From Macrostomum hystrix (taxonomy: Eukaryota > Animalia > Platyhelminthes), in assembly GCA_950097015.1 (NCBI GenBank), contig CATNEN010000038.1, positions 23,064,001-23,128,000 of the forward strand: a stretch of 64,000 nucleotides of DNA. Reading direction: 5' to 3'. How positions within the stretch are numbered: position 1 is the first letter of the stretch; each line of letters opens with the position of its first letter. The position numbers and the translations under genes are program-made. The notes beneath the pieces were generated by a model. That model worked only from the letters and a program-made list of their open reading frames with translations, was not told the origin of the DNA and did no database searches. Positions 1-13,100 of this stretch are shown here, one piece after another.

Positions 1-479
1 TTCTAACTTTGAAAACTTTTGTTTTATAGATGACAAAGTGTCTACATGTCTAAGTCTCTTCGTCATTCATCCTCTGAGAAATTGGACAGATTGTCATCTG
101 GATGACAAAGTTGTAAGATGACAAAGTGTCCAGGTACCACCACTACCACCACCACCAGCAGATATAGCTATCTATTAATACTAATTAGGTAAAAAACATA
201 TTTTTATTGTTTTATATCATTAAAGTCTATAACATATTTCCTTAAACAAATATTTTAGTGCTTACTTTACCTAGTTAGCCCTCTGTAGCTTATGGAAATA
301 TGTATTTTACTAGATAAATGACAATATTATTTCTAGTTTCATTGTGCGCTTTTATTTATTGCAAATTTATGATTCTTGTTATGCTAAACTAAGGATTAGC
401 TCTCGTGAAATCAGATTTACATTTAATATTTGCCATATCAATATCCTTAATCCAGGCCATTACACCTGACTATTTCTAG

Positions 480-1928
480 GAAACTGCCAATTCACCAATC
501 TGTGGCATCTGCACCAACTCTGGTTCAGTTGGCAGGTACACATGCCCAAAATGTGGCATAGCCTACTGTTCAGTAGCATGCTACCGACACGAGCGACACT
601 CGGCCTGCTCCGAGGCATTCTATCGCGACTGCTGCCTGGAGTCCCTGCGCGGCGAGATGGTCGGCTCTGCTGAGAGGCGTGCTATGGCCGACGTGCTGCG
701 TCGTCGACTAGCTCAGGAGGCAGAGGAGAACGCACTTGACAATGTGCTAGACGATGAGGACGAAGACGACGAAGAAGACGATCTGGCCAGTCGGCTAGCT
801 GGCGTTGATCTTGACTCTGACGAACTCGACACTGACGCAATCTGGCGCCTGCTCACCCCAAGCGAGCGTCGGCGCTTTGTACGCAGTTTAGAGACTGGCG
901 AATGCGCCGACTGCCTGCCAGATGTAGCGCCCTGGTGGCAAGGCCCGGTGCGCGACGCTGACAGAGAGCCGCCATTAGCTAAGCCGGATACCACTCTATT
1001 GGCTAGCCTGGCACCTGGGGCATCAAACAAATCGCCTAGTCCTCTGATGCCGCTAGTTCTGCTTGAAGCCCTGCTTGCCTACGCTTACGCTATGCGACTG
1101 AGCAACTGCGACCTGACTGACTGTCCCGATCAGCTGATCACCTGCTGCCGTCTGCTGTGGCCCTGCTTACCCGGCAACACAGCCACCCCAACCTCCGCCG
1201 ACAAGACAGCCACCCCAACCTTTGTCGCTAAGACAGCAACACCAACCTCCGCCGATAGGACAACCACCCCAACCTCCGCCGCTAAGACAGCAACACCAAC
1301 CTCCGCCGCTAAGACAACCACCCCAACCTCCGCCGCTAAGACAGCAACACCAACCTCCGCCGCTAAGACAACCACCCCAACCTCCGCCGCTAAGACAGCA
1401 ACACCAACCTCCGCCGCTAAGACAGCAACACCAACCTCCGCCGCTAAGACAGCAACACCAACCTCCGCCGCTAAGACAGCAACACCAACCTCCGCCGCTA
1501 AGACAGCAACACCAACCTCCGCCGCTTCGTCCAACTCGCCGCTCGCCACTGTGGATCTAACAATAGCCAGATTCTTGCACCGTTTACAGACGCACGCTCG
1601 CCAGCTGTGCTATTCCAATTCGTTGTTCTTAGCCTGCTTGCACGACGCTGTCAGGCTGTTAAATCAGGACCGCAGTCTTAGCTATCTGGAGCGAGCTCTG
1701 GGTGATTTGAAAGCTGCCTTGCAATTTAGCCGCACTCGCTATGCTCGGTTGGCTATTAAACGATTGGACTTCATCGTTGCTTGGCTAGTCTCCGGCGGCG
1801 ACAACCAAGTTGTTAAACAATTGAATAGTTACACTCTGTGTAGCCAACTGGTGCCGTTACTAGAACTAGCTATTTGTCAGTACGCCACAGATTTGGTCGC
1901 TAAGGAGCCGATTGATAAATTAGATTAG
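480..1928 (+). CDS. ZNHIT2: Zinc finger HIT domain-containing protein 2 (ZNHIT2-like); N-terminal Met not encoded locally
   Basis: The frame extends upstream of the ORF-track ATG (657) to the acceptor tttctag| at 478-479 and reads ETANSPICGICTNSGSVGRYTCPKCGIAYCSVACYRHERHSACSEAFYRDC, a zf-HIT CxxC..YxCPxC..YCSxxCY..H..CSE.FY motif. It is followed by the ZNHIT2-typical L..RLAGVDLD...IWRLLTPSERRRF...PWW. Stop TAG at 1926-1928; AATAAA at 2052. Confidence 0.88.
   Translation, partial: ETANSPICGICTNSGSVGRYTCPKCGIAYCSVACYRHERHSACSEAFYRDCCLESLRGEMVGSAERRAMADVLRRRLAQEAEENALDNVLDDEDEDDEEDDLASRLAGVDLDSDELDTDAIWRLLTPSERRRFVRSLETGECADCLPDVAPWWQGPVRDADREPPLAKPDTTLLASLAPGASNKSPSPLMPLVLLEALLAYAYAMRLSNCDLTDCPDQLITCCRLLWPCLPGNTATPTSADKTATPTFVAKTATPTSADRTTTPTSAAKTATPTSAAKTTTPTSAAKTATPTSAAKTTTPTSAAKTATPTSAAKTATPTSAAKTATPTSAAKTATPTSAAKTATPTSAASSNSPLATVDLTIARFLHRLQTHARQLCYSNSLFLACLHDAVRLLNQDRSLSYLERALGDLKAALQFSRTRYARLAIKRLDFIVAWLVSGGDNQVVKQLNSYTLCSQLVPLLELAICQYATDLVAKEPIDKLD
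1179..1529 (+). repeat. 27-bp coding minisatellite (13 x TATPTSAAK) inside ZNHIT2
   Basis: Unit acagcaacaccaacctccgccgctaag repeated in frame with no stops. Confidence 0.92.
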
Positions 1929-2072
1929 TCATTTAAGTACTTCCTGTGTCCGGTTTCAATCTTAAATAGAAGCATTTTATTGTGCATTTTTGTACTCGTA
2001 TTTTGCGACGGCTTTTCAAGTAAAATCTAGCTTGTAATTTTGTTTTTTTAAATAAATATCATCTTTCTTTAG

Positions 2073-5000
2073 TAGCTCACCACTCTACCAGCTGACCACT
2101 CTACCAGCTCACCACTCTACCAGCTGACCACTCTACCAGCTTACCACTCTACCAGCTGACCACTCTACCAGCTCACCACTCTACCAGCTGACCACTCTAC
2201 CAGCTGACCACTCTACCAGCTCACCACTCTACCAGCTGACCACTCTACCAGCTCACCACTCTACCAGCTGACCACTCTACCAGCTGACCACTCTACCAGC
2301 TCACCACTCTACCAGCTCACCACTCTACCAGCTCACCACTCTACCAGCTCACCACTCTACCAACTGACCACTCTACCAACTGACCACTCTACCAGCTCAC
2401 CACTCTACCAGCTCACCACTCTACCAACTGACCACTCTACCAGCTCACCACTCTAGCAACTGACCACTCTACCAGCTCACCACTCTACCAGCTTACCACT
2501 CTACCAGCTGACCACTCTACCAGCTCACCACTCTACCAGCTGACCACTCTACCAGCTCACCACTCTACCAGCTGACCACTCTACCAGCTCACCACTCTAC
2601 CAGCTGACCACTCTACCAGCTGACCACTCTACCAGCTGACCACTCTACCAGCTCACCACTCTACCAGCTGACCACTCTACCAGCTGACCACTCTACCAGC
2701 TCACCACTCTACCAGCTGACCACTCTACCAGCTGACCACTCTACCAGCTCACCACTCTACCAGCTGACCACTCTACCAGCTGACCACTCTACCAGCTCAC
2801 CACTCTACCAGCTGACCACTCTACCAGCTGACCACTCTACCAGCTCACCACTCTACCAGCTGACCACTCTACCAGCTTACCACTCTACCAGCTGACCACT
2901 CTACCAGCTCACCACTCTACCAGCTGACCACTCTACCAGCTCACCACTCTACCAGCTGACCACTCTACCAGCTCACCACTCTACCAGCTGACCACTCTAC
3001 CAGCTGACCACTCTACCAGCTGACCACTCTACCAGCTCACCACTCTACCAGCTGACCACTCTACCAGCTGACCACTCTACCAGCTCACCACTCTACCAGC
3101 TGACCACTCTACCAGCTGACCACTCTACCAGCTGACCACTCTACCAGCTGACCACTCTACCAGCTGACCACTCTACCAGCTCACCACTCTACCAGCTCAC
3201 CACTCCACCAGCTCACCACTCTACCAGCTCACCACTCTACCAGCTCACCACTCTACCAGCTCACCACTCTACCAGCTGACCACTCTACCAGCTCACCACT
3301 CTACCAGCTCACCACTCTACCAGCTCACCACTCTACCAGCTCACCACTCTACCAACTGACCACTCTACCAACTGACCACTCTACCAGCTCACCACTCTAC
3401 CAGCTCACCACTCTACCAACTGACCACTCTACCAGCTCACCACTCTAGCAACTGACCACTCTACCAGCTCACCACTCTACCAGCTTACCACTCTACCAGC
3501 TGACCACTCTACCAGCTCACCACTCTACCAGCTGACCACTCTACCAGCTTACCACTCTACCAGCTGACCACTCTACCAGCTCACCACTCTACCAGCTGAC
3601 CACTCTACCAGCTCACCACTCTACCAGCTGACCACTCTACCAGCTCACCACTCTACCAGCTGACCACTCTACCAGCTGACCACTCTACCAGCTGACCACT
3701 CTACCAGCTCACCACTCTACCAGCTGACCACTCTACCAGCTGACCACTCTACCAGCTCACCACTCTACCAGCTGACCACTCTACCAGCTGACCACTCTAC
3801 CAGCTCACCACTCTACCAGCTGACCACTCTACCAGCTGACCACTCTACCAGCTCACCACTCTACCAGCTGACCACTCTACCAGCTGACCACTCTACCAGC
3901 TCACCACTCTACCAGCTCACCACTCCACCAGCTCACCACTCTACCAGCTCACCACTCCACCAGCTCACTACTCTACCAACTGACCACTCTACCAGCTCAC
4001 CACTCTACCAGCTCACCACTCTACCAGCTCACCACTCTACCAGCTCACCACTCTACCAGCTCACCACTCTACCAACTCACCACTCTACCAGCTCACCACT
4101 CTACCAGCTCACCACTCTACCAGCTCACCACTCTACCAGCTCACCACTCCACCAGCTCACCACTCTACCAGCTCACCACTCTACCAGCTCACCACTCTAC
4201 CAGCTCACCACTCTACCAGCTCACCACTCCACCAGCTCACCACTCTACCAGCTCACCACTCTACCAGCTCACCACTCTACCAGCTCACCACTCTACCAAC
4301 TGACCACTCTACCAGCTCACCACTCTACCAACTGACCACTCTACCAGCTCACCACTCTACCAGCTCACTACTCTACCATTTCACCACTCTACCAGCTCAC
4401 CACTCTACCAGCTCACCACTCTACCAACTGACCACTCTACCAGCTCACCACTCTACCAGCTCACTACTCTACCATTTCACCACTCTACCAACTCACCACT
4501 CTACCAGCTCACCACTCTACCAGCTGACCACTCTACCAGCTGACCACTCTACCAGCTCACCACTCTACCAGCTGACCACTCTACCAGCTCACCACTCTAC
4601 CAGCTCACCACTCTACCAGCTCACCACTCTACCAGCTCACCACTCTACCAGCTCACCACTCTACCAGCTCACCACTCTACCAACTGACCACTCTACCAGC
4701 TCACCACTCTACCAACTGACCACTCTACCAGCTCACCACTCTACCAGCTCACTACTCTACCATTTCACCACTCTACCAACTCACCACTCTACCAGCTCAC
4801 CACTCTACCAGCTGACCACTCTACCAGCTGACCACTCTACCAGCTCACCACTCTACCAGCTGACCACTCTACCAGCTCACCACTCTACCAGCTCACCACT
4901 CTACCAGCTCACCACTCTACCAGCTCACCACTCTACCAACTGACCACTCTACCAGCTCACCACTCTACCAACTGACCACTCTACCAGCTCACCACTCTAC

Positions 5001-5160
5001 CAGCTCACTACTCTACCATTTCACCACTCTACCAGCTCACCACTACCAGCTCAACACCTCTACCAGCTCACCACTCCACCAGTTCACCACTCTACTAGCT
5101 CACCACTCTACCAGCTCAATAAATCTATCAGCTTATTACTCTACCTGCTCATTCTACTAC
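2073..5160. repeat. 16-bp minisatellite (gct[c/g]accactctacca)n, ~190 copies, between ZNHIT2 and ZIP11
   Basis: Directly visible tandem array with a degenerate right edge. Confidence 0.97.
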
Positions 5161-5234
5161 CATCCTGTAATAAGCCTACTCATTTTGATAGGTAATTATC
5201 TAATAACGAGTAATTAAAAAATCTGATACTGCAG

Positions 5235-8200
5235 CTTCGCTTCGTGTCGCCATTGGCGCAGACGGCGCTAGGCACCCTATTCACCTGGGGCCTGACTGCC
5301 CTAGGCGCCGGCCTTGTATTCCTGGTGCCAGCAAACTATTCGCATGCCAGATTGCTGAATGCTAGCCTGGGCTTTGCGGCTGGAGTCATGACTGCCGCCT
5401 CGTTTTGGTCACTGTTAGATCCGGCCATAGACATGGCTCGCAGCAGCGGCCTGTACGGAGCCAAGGGCGAATACGCCTGGCTACCAGTGGCTGTGGGCTT
5501 CGGCGTCGGCGCGGCTTTTGTTATGGCCGCCGACCGTCTGCTGCCGATGTTGGGCATTGCCGGCGGCGACGGTGACGATTTGGTCAAGGAGCTGACTGGA
5601 ACGGCTAGCCAACAGGTAAGGAGGGATGTAGACATCTTTTTTGCTCAATCTTTTGCCGCTTGGTTAGAATATTATTACCTTATTATGTTTTAGCAAGGCA
5701 CTTAACTCTGCGTTGGTTCAGTTCACCCAGCTGTTAAATGGGTACCAGTATTAGCTGGGGGGGTAATTAAGGGTGGCTGTGGCATCCCCCCAGTCCATGG
5801 ACTGAACAGTCGTACGCGGCCTTCAGATGCGCCGCGCAATAGCTGCAGCTGTGCTGTTGGCTGCACATTTGGACCTAATGGGCAGGTGTAATCAAGTTTA
5901 TTATTAATATTATTGTTTCCCATCAGTTGAAATTGTTTTTCTTGTGTAATTCCCTTCAATATTCTAACAGGTCGAACGCTGTCTCAATAATGTTCCCTTG
6001 TTATGCCTCCTCAAGGCTTGTTCTAATTCACAAAAATCCCATTTTTATCCCAACGCAGAGGCGCACGGGTCCAGCTGGCAATCTGCTATTGGAAAACGCT
6101 GCAATGTCTGACGGCAGTGTGGGTGTTCACCTGCTTGAACTGCCCACAGTCACAGAGCCGTTGGGTTCCATTCGCAGACGACCGGGCGGCGGCAGGGACG
6201 AGGCATTCGATGCTTCAGCTCAACAGTGGAGCGGCGAGGACGATAGGTAAGGGGATTGAATCTCTGAAGGGAGTAAATGGTTCTATTATTGACGCGATTA
6301 CAGCCACTCTTTAGGAAACTTTATTAGACAATATGGAATTTCGCAAAGCGATAAAAGGATCACGAATTTAGTATGAAGAAATGAATTTTTTGTGACCTAG
6401 GAAATGGGATTTCTAAATGGTTGATCGTGAAATGGGATTTCTAAATAATTGATTGTGAAATGGGATTTCTAAATGGTTGATTGTGAAATGGGATTTCTAA
6501 ATGGTTGATCGTGAAATGGGATTTCTAATTGATTGATTGTGAAATGGAATTTCTAAATGATTGATTGTGAAATGGGATTTCTAATTGATTGATTGTCAAA
6601 TGGGATTTCTAATTGATTGATTGTCAAATGGGATTTCTAAATGGTTGATCGTGAAATGGGATTTCTAATTGATTGATTGTGAAATGGAATTTCTAAATGA
6701 TTGATTGTGAAATGGGATTTCTAATTGATTGATTGTCAAATGGGATTTCTAAATGATTTGTTTGTGAAATGGGATTTCTAAATGATTGATTGTGAAATGG
6801 GATTTCTAAATGATTTGTTTGTGAAATGGGATTTCTAAATGATTGATTGTGAAATGGGATTTCTAAATGGTTGATTGTGAAATGGGATTTCTAATTGATT
6901 GATTGTGAAATGGGATTTCTAATTGATTGATTGTGAAATGGGATTTCTAAATGGTTTGTTTGTGAAATGGGATTTCTAAATGGTTGATTGTGAAATGGGA
7001 TTTCTAAATGGTTGATTGTGAAATGGGATTTCTAATTGATTGATTGTGAAATGGGATTTCTAAATGGTTGATTGTGAAATGGGATTTCTAATTGATTGAT
7101 TGTGAAATGGGATTTCTAATTGATTGATTGTGAAATGGGATTTCTAATTGATTGATTGTGAAATGGGATTTCTAAATGGTTTGTTTGTGAAATGGGATTT
7201 CTAAATGGTTGATCGTGAAATGGGATTTCTAAATGGTTGATTGTGAAATGGGATTTCTAATTGATTGATTGTGAAATGGGATTTCTAATTAATTGATTGT
7301 GAAATGGGATTTCTAATTGATTGATTGTGAAATGGGATTTCTAAATGGTTGATTGTGAAATGGGATTTCTAATTGATTGATTGTGAAATGGGATTTCTAA
7401 TTGATTGATTGTGAAATGGGATTTCTAAATGATTTGTTTGTGAAATGGGATTTCTAAATGGTTTGTTTGTGAAATGGGATTTCTAAATGGTTGATCGTGA
7501 AATGGGATTTCTAAATGGTTGATTGTGAAATGGGATTTCTAATTGATTGATTGTGAAATGGGATTTCTAATTAATTGATTGTGAAATGGGATTTCTAATT
7601 GATTGATTGTGAAATGGGATTTCTAAATGGTTGATTGTGAAATGGGATTTCTAATTGATTGATTGTGAAATGGGATTTCTAATTGATTGATTGTGAAATG
7701 GGATTTCTAAATGATTTGTTTGTGAAATGGGATTTCTAAATGATTTGTTTGTGAAGTAGGATTTCTAAATGATTTGTATGTGAAGTGAGATTTCTAAATA
7801 ATTTGTTTGTGAAGTAGGATTTCTAAATGATTTGTATGTGAAGTGACATTTCTAAATGATTAGTTTTGATATAAGGTTTTTAATTGACTGATTTTGAAAT
7901 CCAATTTTCGCTCGATTAATAAGGAATCGGATCTTTAGTATGCTGATTAACAAGATCTGTCAAAACAATTAATTGCATAATTATGTGTTTTCAAATTATG
8001 AAAATTATGCTCGTACAATTCATTTTTTTCTTCGACATTGTCAAAGATATTTGCTAGTCATCCCATCTCTCAAATCTGTTTGATCCCAGGCATCCCAAGC
8101 AGTCTAGGCGCGGCCCGGGTTCCTCACCCAGCTGGCGCAGGGTACTGCTGCTAGTTCTGGCCATAACTGTGCACAATGTACCGGAGGGTTTGGCTGTCGG

Positions 8201-8615
8201 CGTCGGCTTTGGCGCTCTGGGCGGCGGTGGAGCCGGCGGCAACCATGGCGACGCTGACAACGCGGCTGGTCACTTTGAAGCCGCTCGCAATCTCGCCATC
8301 GGCATCGGCATTCAGAACTTCCCAGAGGGCCTGGCCGTGTCTCTCCCTCTGCACGCGTCCGGTATGAGTCCGCTGAGGAGCTTCTGGTGGGGCCAGCTCT
8401 CCGGCATGGTGGAACCATTGGCCGGACTCTTGGGCTGCCTACTGGTTACCATGGCAACGCCATTGCTGCCCTATGCTTTGGCATTCGCCGCCGGCGCTAT
8501 GATCTACGTTGTGTTTGACGCCATTGTGCCGGAGTCTACTGACTCGAAATTGACTTCTGCCGGCTCTGTGGTCGGCTTCATTGTAATGATGGTGCTGGAT
8601 GTGGGCTTGTCTTGA
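5235..8615 (+). CDS. SLC39A11: ZIP11/GufA-subfamily zinc transporter (SLC39A11-like)
   Basis: Exons 5235-5615, 6059-6246, 8090-8615 (GT-AG, phases 0 and 2 consistent). Motifs: ALGTLFTWGLTALGAGLVF, SLGFAAGVMTAASFWSLL, WRRVLLLVLAITVHNVPEGLAVGVGFG, IGIQNFPEGLAVSLPL, GQLSGMVEP, FAAGAMIYVV. No in-frame ATG upstream (TAA at 5211). Confidence 0.93.
5688..5912 (+). mobile_element. SINE family 1, 5'-truncated copy (ZIP11 intron 1)
   Basis: Matches the 15700-15998 copy from tttagcaagNcact through cagttcacccagctgttaaatgggtacc and gtccatggactgaacag to ggcaggtgta, then a (tta)-rich tail. Confidence 0.8.
6400..7860. repeat. 28-bp minisatellite (gaaatgggatttctaaatggttgattgt)n in ZIP11 intron 2
   Basis: Direct tandem array, ~50 copies. 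Confidence 0.95.
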
Positions 8616-8669
8616 ATATTGCGCTTCCTTTGGCACAGGCGGTGTTTTGAGTAGACCCTGAGTATAAAA

Positions 8670-9210
8670 TGCTGATCAGGGACCTCTGTACTCAGTACAT
8701 GAAATCTGCTGATCAGGGACCTCTGTACTCAGTACATGAAATCTGCTGATCAGGGAACTCTGTACTCAGTACATGAAATCTGCTGATCAGGGAACTCTGT
8801 ACACAGTACACGAAGTGTGCTGATCAGGGAACTCTGTACTCAGTACATGAAATCTGCTGATCAGAGCCCTCTAAACTCAGTATATGAAATCTTCTGATCA
8901 GGGACCTCTAAACTCAGTATATGAAATCTTCTGATCAGGGACCTCTAAACTCAGTATATGAAATCTGCTGATCAGAGCCCTCTAAACTCAGTACGTGAAA
9001 TCTGCTGATCGGGGCCCTCTGTACTCGGTACATGAAATCTGCTGATCAGGGAACTCTGTACTCGGTACATGAAATCTGCTGATCAGGGAACTCTGTACTC
9101 GGTACATGAAATCTGCTGATCAGGGAACTCTGTACTCAGTACATGAAATCTGCTGATCAGAGCCCTCTAAACTCAGTACATGAAATCTGCTGATCAGGGA
9201 CCTCTGTACC
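8670..9210. repeat. 37-bp minisatellite (gctgatcagggacctctgtactcagtacatgaaatct)n just 3' of the ZIP11 stop
   Basis: ~14 copies; the unit contains palindromes ctgatcag and tgtact-c-agtaca. Confidence 0.93.
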
Positions 9211-10103
9211 CAGCCTCCTAAATGTTCAATGACATTGTGTGTAAAAGCAGCATCTAATATGTATAAATACGAAGATAAACCATTATATTTAGGTTTCGTT
9301 TTAGCTTTAGTGCAGTTTATTAAATATTAACTTTCTCATTACTTTACTAATGATAATGAAGTCAAGTTAATGTGCCAACGACAATGTTATATAAATATTT
9401 ATAATTTACTAAGAATTCGAATATGTGATCATGTAACTTGTGCCTTGCTATTCAGAATAATTGGTTGAATTAAGGTGAGTGTCGATGATGTGTTGAATAG
9501 ATCACATTGATCATTATACGCATTTTTATTATGGATTAAAAATATATATATATTTAGCATTGTTAAGTCAGTGCATGACTGCGAACGAATAGCAATCATT
9601 TAAAATTCCTGTGATCGATATTTTCGTTTAAAACTTATTATATCACAAATAAAGATCGATACAGATACTACTATGGACAGTAATTATAGGGATAAATTAT
9701 TATAATTTGTTAGCAATGTAACTAAAGATTATTAGCGAATAAATACTGGTAAAACAGTCGATTAAACAGTCGATTTAATATTGTATAAAATCTGCCTTCA
9801 AAATTTGATTTTCAATTTTCGGTCTCGTGCATAATGTAATATTGGATTCATTATTATGCTCTTTGCTCGAATAATGAAGTAGTAAGTTTTTATTTTCGCG
9901 TACCCAATTAAATTTTGAAGGCTTCTACATAAATAGTATGCATAATAATAACAGACAAACCAAATATCTGCTTTTAAAAGTCCAATCTGATTAAAAAAAA
10001 CTACAAGGAAAATGAGTTTACACTGATCCATACATACTACTTGAAACGAAGGTATTTCAGTGATAAATCCATTGTGTTGCAAATCCAAGGTGTTTAATTC
10101 CGT

Positions 10104-13100
10104 TTAATAAAGAACTAGGCCCCGATTTATTATGCCATTGTTATGGCTGTAGGCTACTCCGTTAAAATCTGCGTTTCCAAGCTTCGAATTAGCTCGGTTG
10201 ACAACCGATCCTGATTGGTCAGCGGCCTTCAAGCTGTACTGGTACATCGCTACTTCCGGTACCATCTCGGTGGCGCCAATCTCTGGCACGGCGTCCACTG
10301 AAATGGTCAAATTGAATTAAATTAAAATATTCAGTAAGAATTTCTTGGAATTTCACCTAATTACTTACCGTCCTTCCAGCCGTGACCGTAGGCTGTCAGC
10401 GGGTAGGCCATTTCACCGTGCTTCGGGTAGTCCAAGCCTGAAATTAATTATTTTATGTATTTAATTATGCAGTTTTTACATCGTCCCGACCATTCACGCT
10501 ACTGATTTTAAAATCCCAGCTATTCACACCTCAGATTCTGTAATCTCAACTATTCACACCTCAGATTCTGTAATCTCCACCATTCACACCTCAGATTCTG
10601 TAATCTCAACTATTCACACCTCAGATTCTGTAATCTCAACCATTCACACCTCAGATTCTGAAAACCCAACCATTCACACCTCAGATTCTGTAATCTCAAC
10701 TATTCACACCTCAGATTCTGTAATCTCAACCAATCACACCTCAGATTCTGTAATCTCAACCATTCACACCTCAGATTCTGAAAACCCAACCATTCACACC
10801 TCAGATTCTTTAATCTCAACCATTCACTCCTTAGACTATAAAATCCCACACCATTCACACCTCAGATTCTGAAATCCCAACCATTCACTCCTGAGATTCT
10901 GAAATCCCAACCATTCACTCCTGAGATTCTGAAATCCCAACCATTCACTCCTGAGATTCTGAAATCCCAACCATTCACTCCTGAGATTCTGAAATCCCAA
11001 CCATTCACTCCTGAGATTCTGAAATCCCAACCATTCACTCCTGAGATTCTGAAATCCCAACCATTCACTCCTTAGATTCTGAAATCCCAACCATTCACTC
11101 CTGAGATTCTGAAATCCCAACCATTCACACCTCAGTTTCTGAAATCACAACCACTCACATCTTTTGTCACCTGAATACCAATAATTTTGCATCTCATTTC
11201 ACGAGAAGCCAGCAATATTAACTGTTCCTTGTCTTTATGACTGCTTAGATAATATAACTTAAACATGATTTAGAAACTATAGAAAAAAACACCAATTTTA
11301 ATAACCTTTGATCTCCATCTCGGCTGGCACTCGTAGCACCTTGAGCAGTCGCAGGATGCCAAAGATAATAAGCGATGAAATCCCGGACCAGGCAGCGATA
11401 GACAGGGCGCCAACCAGTTGCATGGCCAGGTCGAGGCCGCTCTGCTGGTTCCAGTAGAACAGGATACCGCGGTCGCGACGCAGGAACGCCACACCGATGA
11501 CGCCCCAGAGCCCGCCGCCAAAGTGAACCGCAATGGCTTCCACCTTGACAAAGCAGAAGATAAGTAGACCGCATTGATTAACAGCTATTCTATCATTCCA
11601 TCATTATTATGATATCTTGCTATCTACACAGCGTGATTCGCGTGTGACGTATGGAAGTTTTGATTATCAATTATCAATCAATCAGCGTGATGCCAGTTTC
11701 TATTTATGGAATGCACAAGCATGACGTCAGTTTCTATTTATAGAATACACAAGTTTGACGTCATTCTCCATTTATAGAATACACATAGAGCTCTATGTAG
11801 GAGAAACTATTCGAGCAAAACACAGAATTTTCCAGTCGCTTTAGTCAACCCAAGACTAAATCAAACGTCGTCCTTCCTAAATTCCTTTTTTGGCCATTTT
11901 ATTGCTGTCAAGCTGATTATAAATAAGCTTATCAATAAAAAAATGTTTCTAACCGGATCATCGATGCGCATCAGCAGCACCAGCTCCGACCAGGCCATGT
12001 AGGATCCCGCGGCGATAAATCCCATAACGCAGGCACCCCATGGGTAGACAACATTGCAGCCGGCACAGATTGCTACCATTCCAGCCAGACCACCTGCGAT
12101 AAAGATAATTAGGGTGTTAAATTTTAGAACACTAAATATTAGGGTCGGAACCCGGCTTTCCGTAGGTGTAATTCCTTATTTCGAGGAAATGTTTTGAAAT
12201 GAAGTTAGAAAGGTCTGAAAAAAATGAATGGTATGAACTGATTATACCTGCCCCATTAGGTCCAAATGTGCAGCCGACAGCACAGCTGCAGCTATTGCGC
12301 GGCGCATCTGAAGGCCGCGTACGGCTGCTCAGTCCATGGACTGGGGGGGTGCCACAGCCACCCTTAATCCCGCAGGGTCTTGCTAAGTGTTGTGTCTTGC
12401 TAATGACACAAAACCCCGACCTTTAAAGTCGAGAGTTCGACACTTGAACTTAAACGTACCTACAACCCCAAAGAAATTATTGTAGACAATGTAAAGATGG
12501 TGGTTAAAAAAGTCCTAATTTAAACTCATTTAAGCTACTGCGAAGCATACAAAGTACTTTTTCGATGGCTGAACTCCTCCTTCGGAGAAAAAAGGCGATG
12601 AAAACGCACCGTTTATCATCCTGAGCAGAGACCAGTGCGGACTGCGAATTCTTGTCAGGAGCAGTGTGGTGAAGGCGGCGGTGCTGCCGCTTAGTACTGT
12701 GTTAACCATGGCCGTAGCAACATTGGCGCCGTCATTCTCCTTCTGAATGTGCAGCTGGCTTCCGCCGTTGAAGGCCAAGAAGCCGAAGAACAAAATGAAG
12801 CCGCCTAGTGAGACGAGCGGCACTGAATGGCCGGGTATTGAGCGCGGCTTGCCAGTTTCTGAATCGAACCGGTGCAGACGAGGGCCAAGGATAGCGGCCG
12901 CCACTAGCGCCGCCGTGCCGCCGCTGATGTGAACCACGCCGCTACCGGCGAAGTCCTGCATGGGAGTGGGTTGAGCAGTCTCTGCCTGGTTCACTTTATC
13001 TTGGAATGTCCTGTCTCACTCTCCACCATCTCTCTATCTTTCTCTCCAACTCTCTCTCGACACCTCTCTACCTCTCTGTCTCTCTCTCCCGACGTCTCTT

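Noticed and set aside
25-140. Repeated gatgacaaagt motifs (direct and inverted) at the window start
   Set aside because: Possibly the subterminal end of a DNA transposon, but truncated by the window edge and not classifiable.
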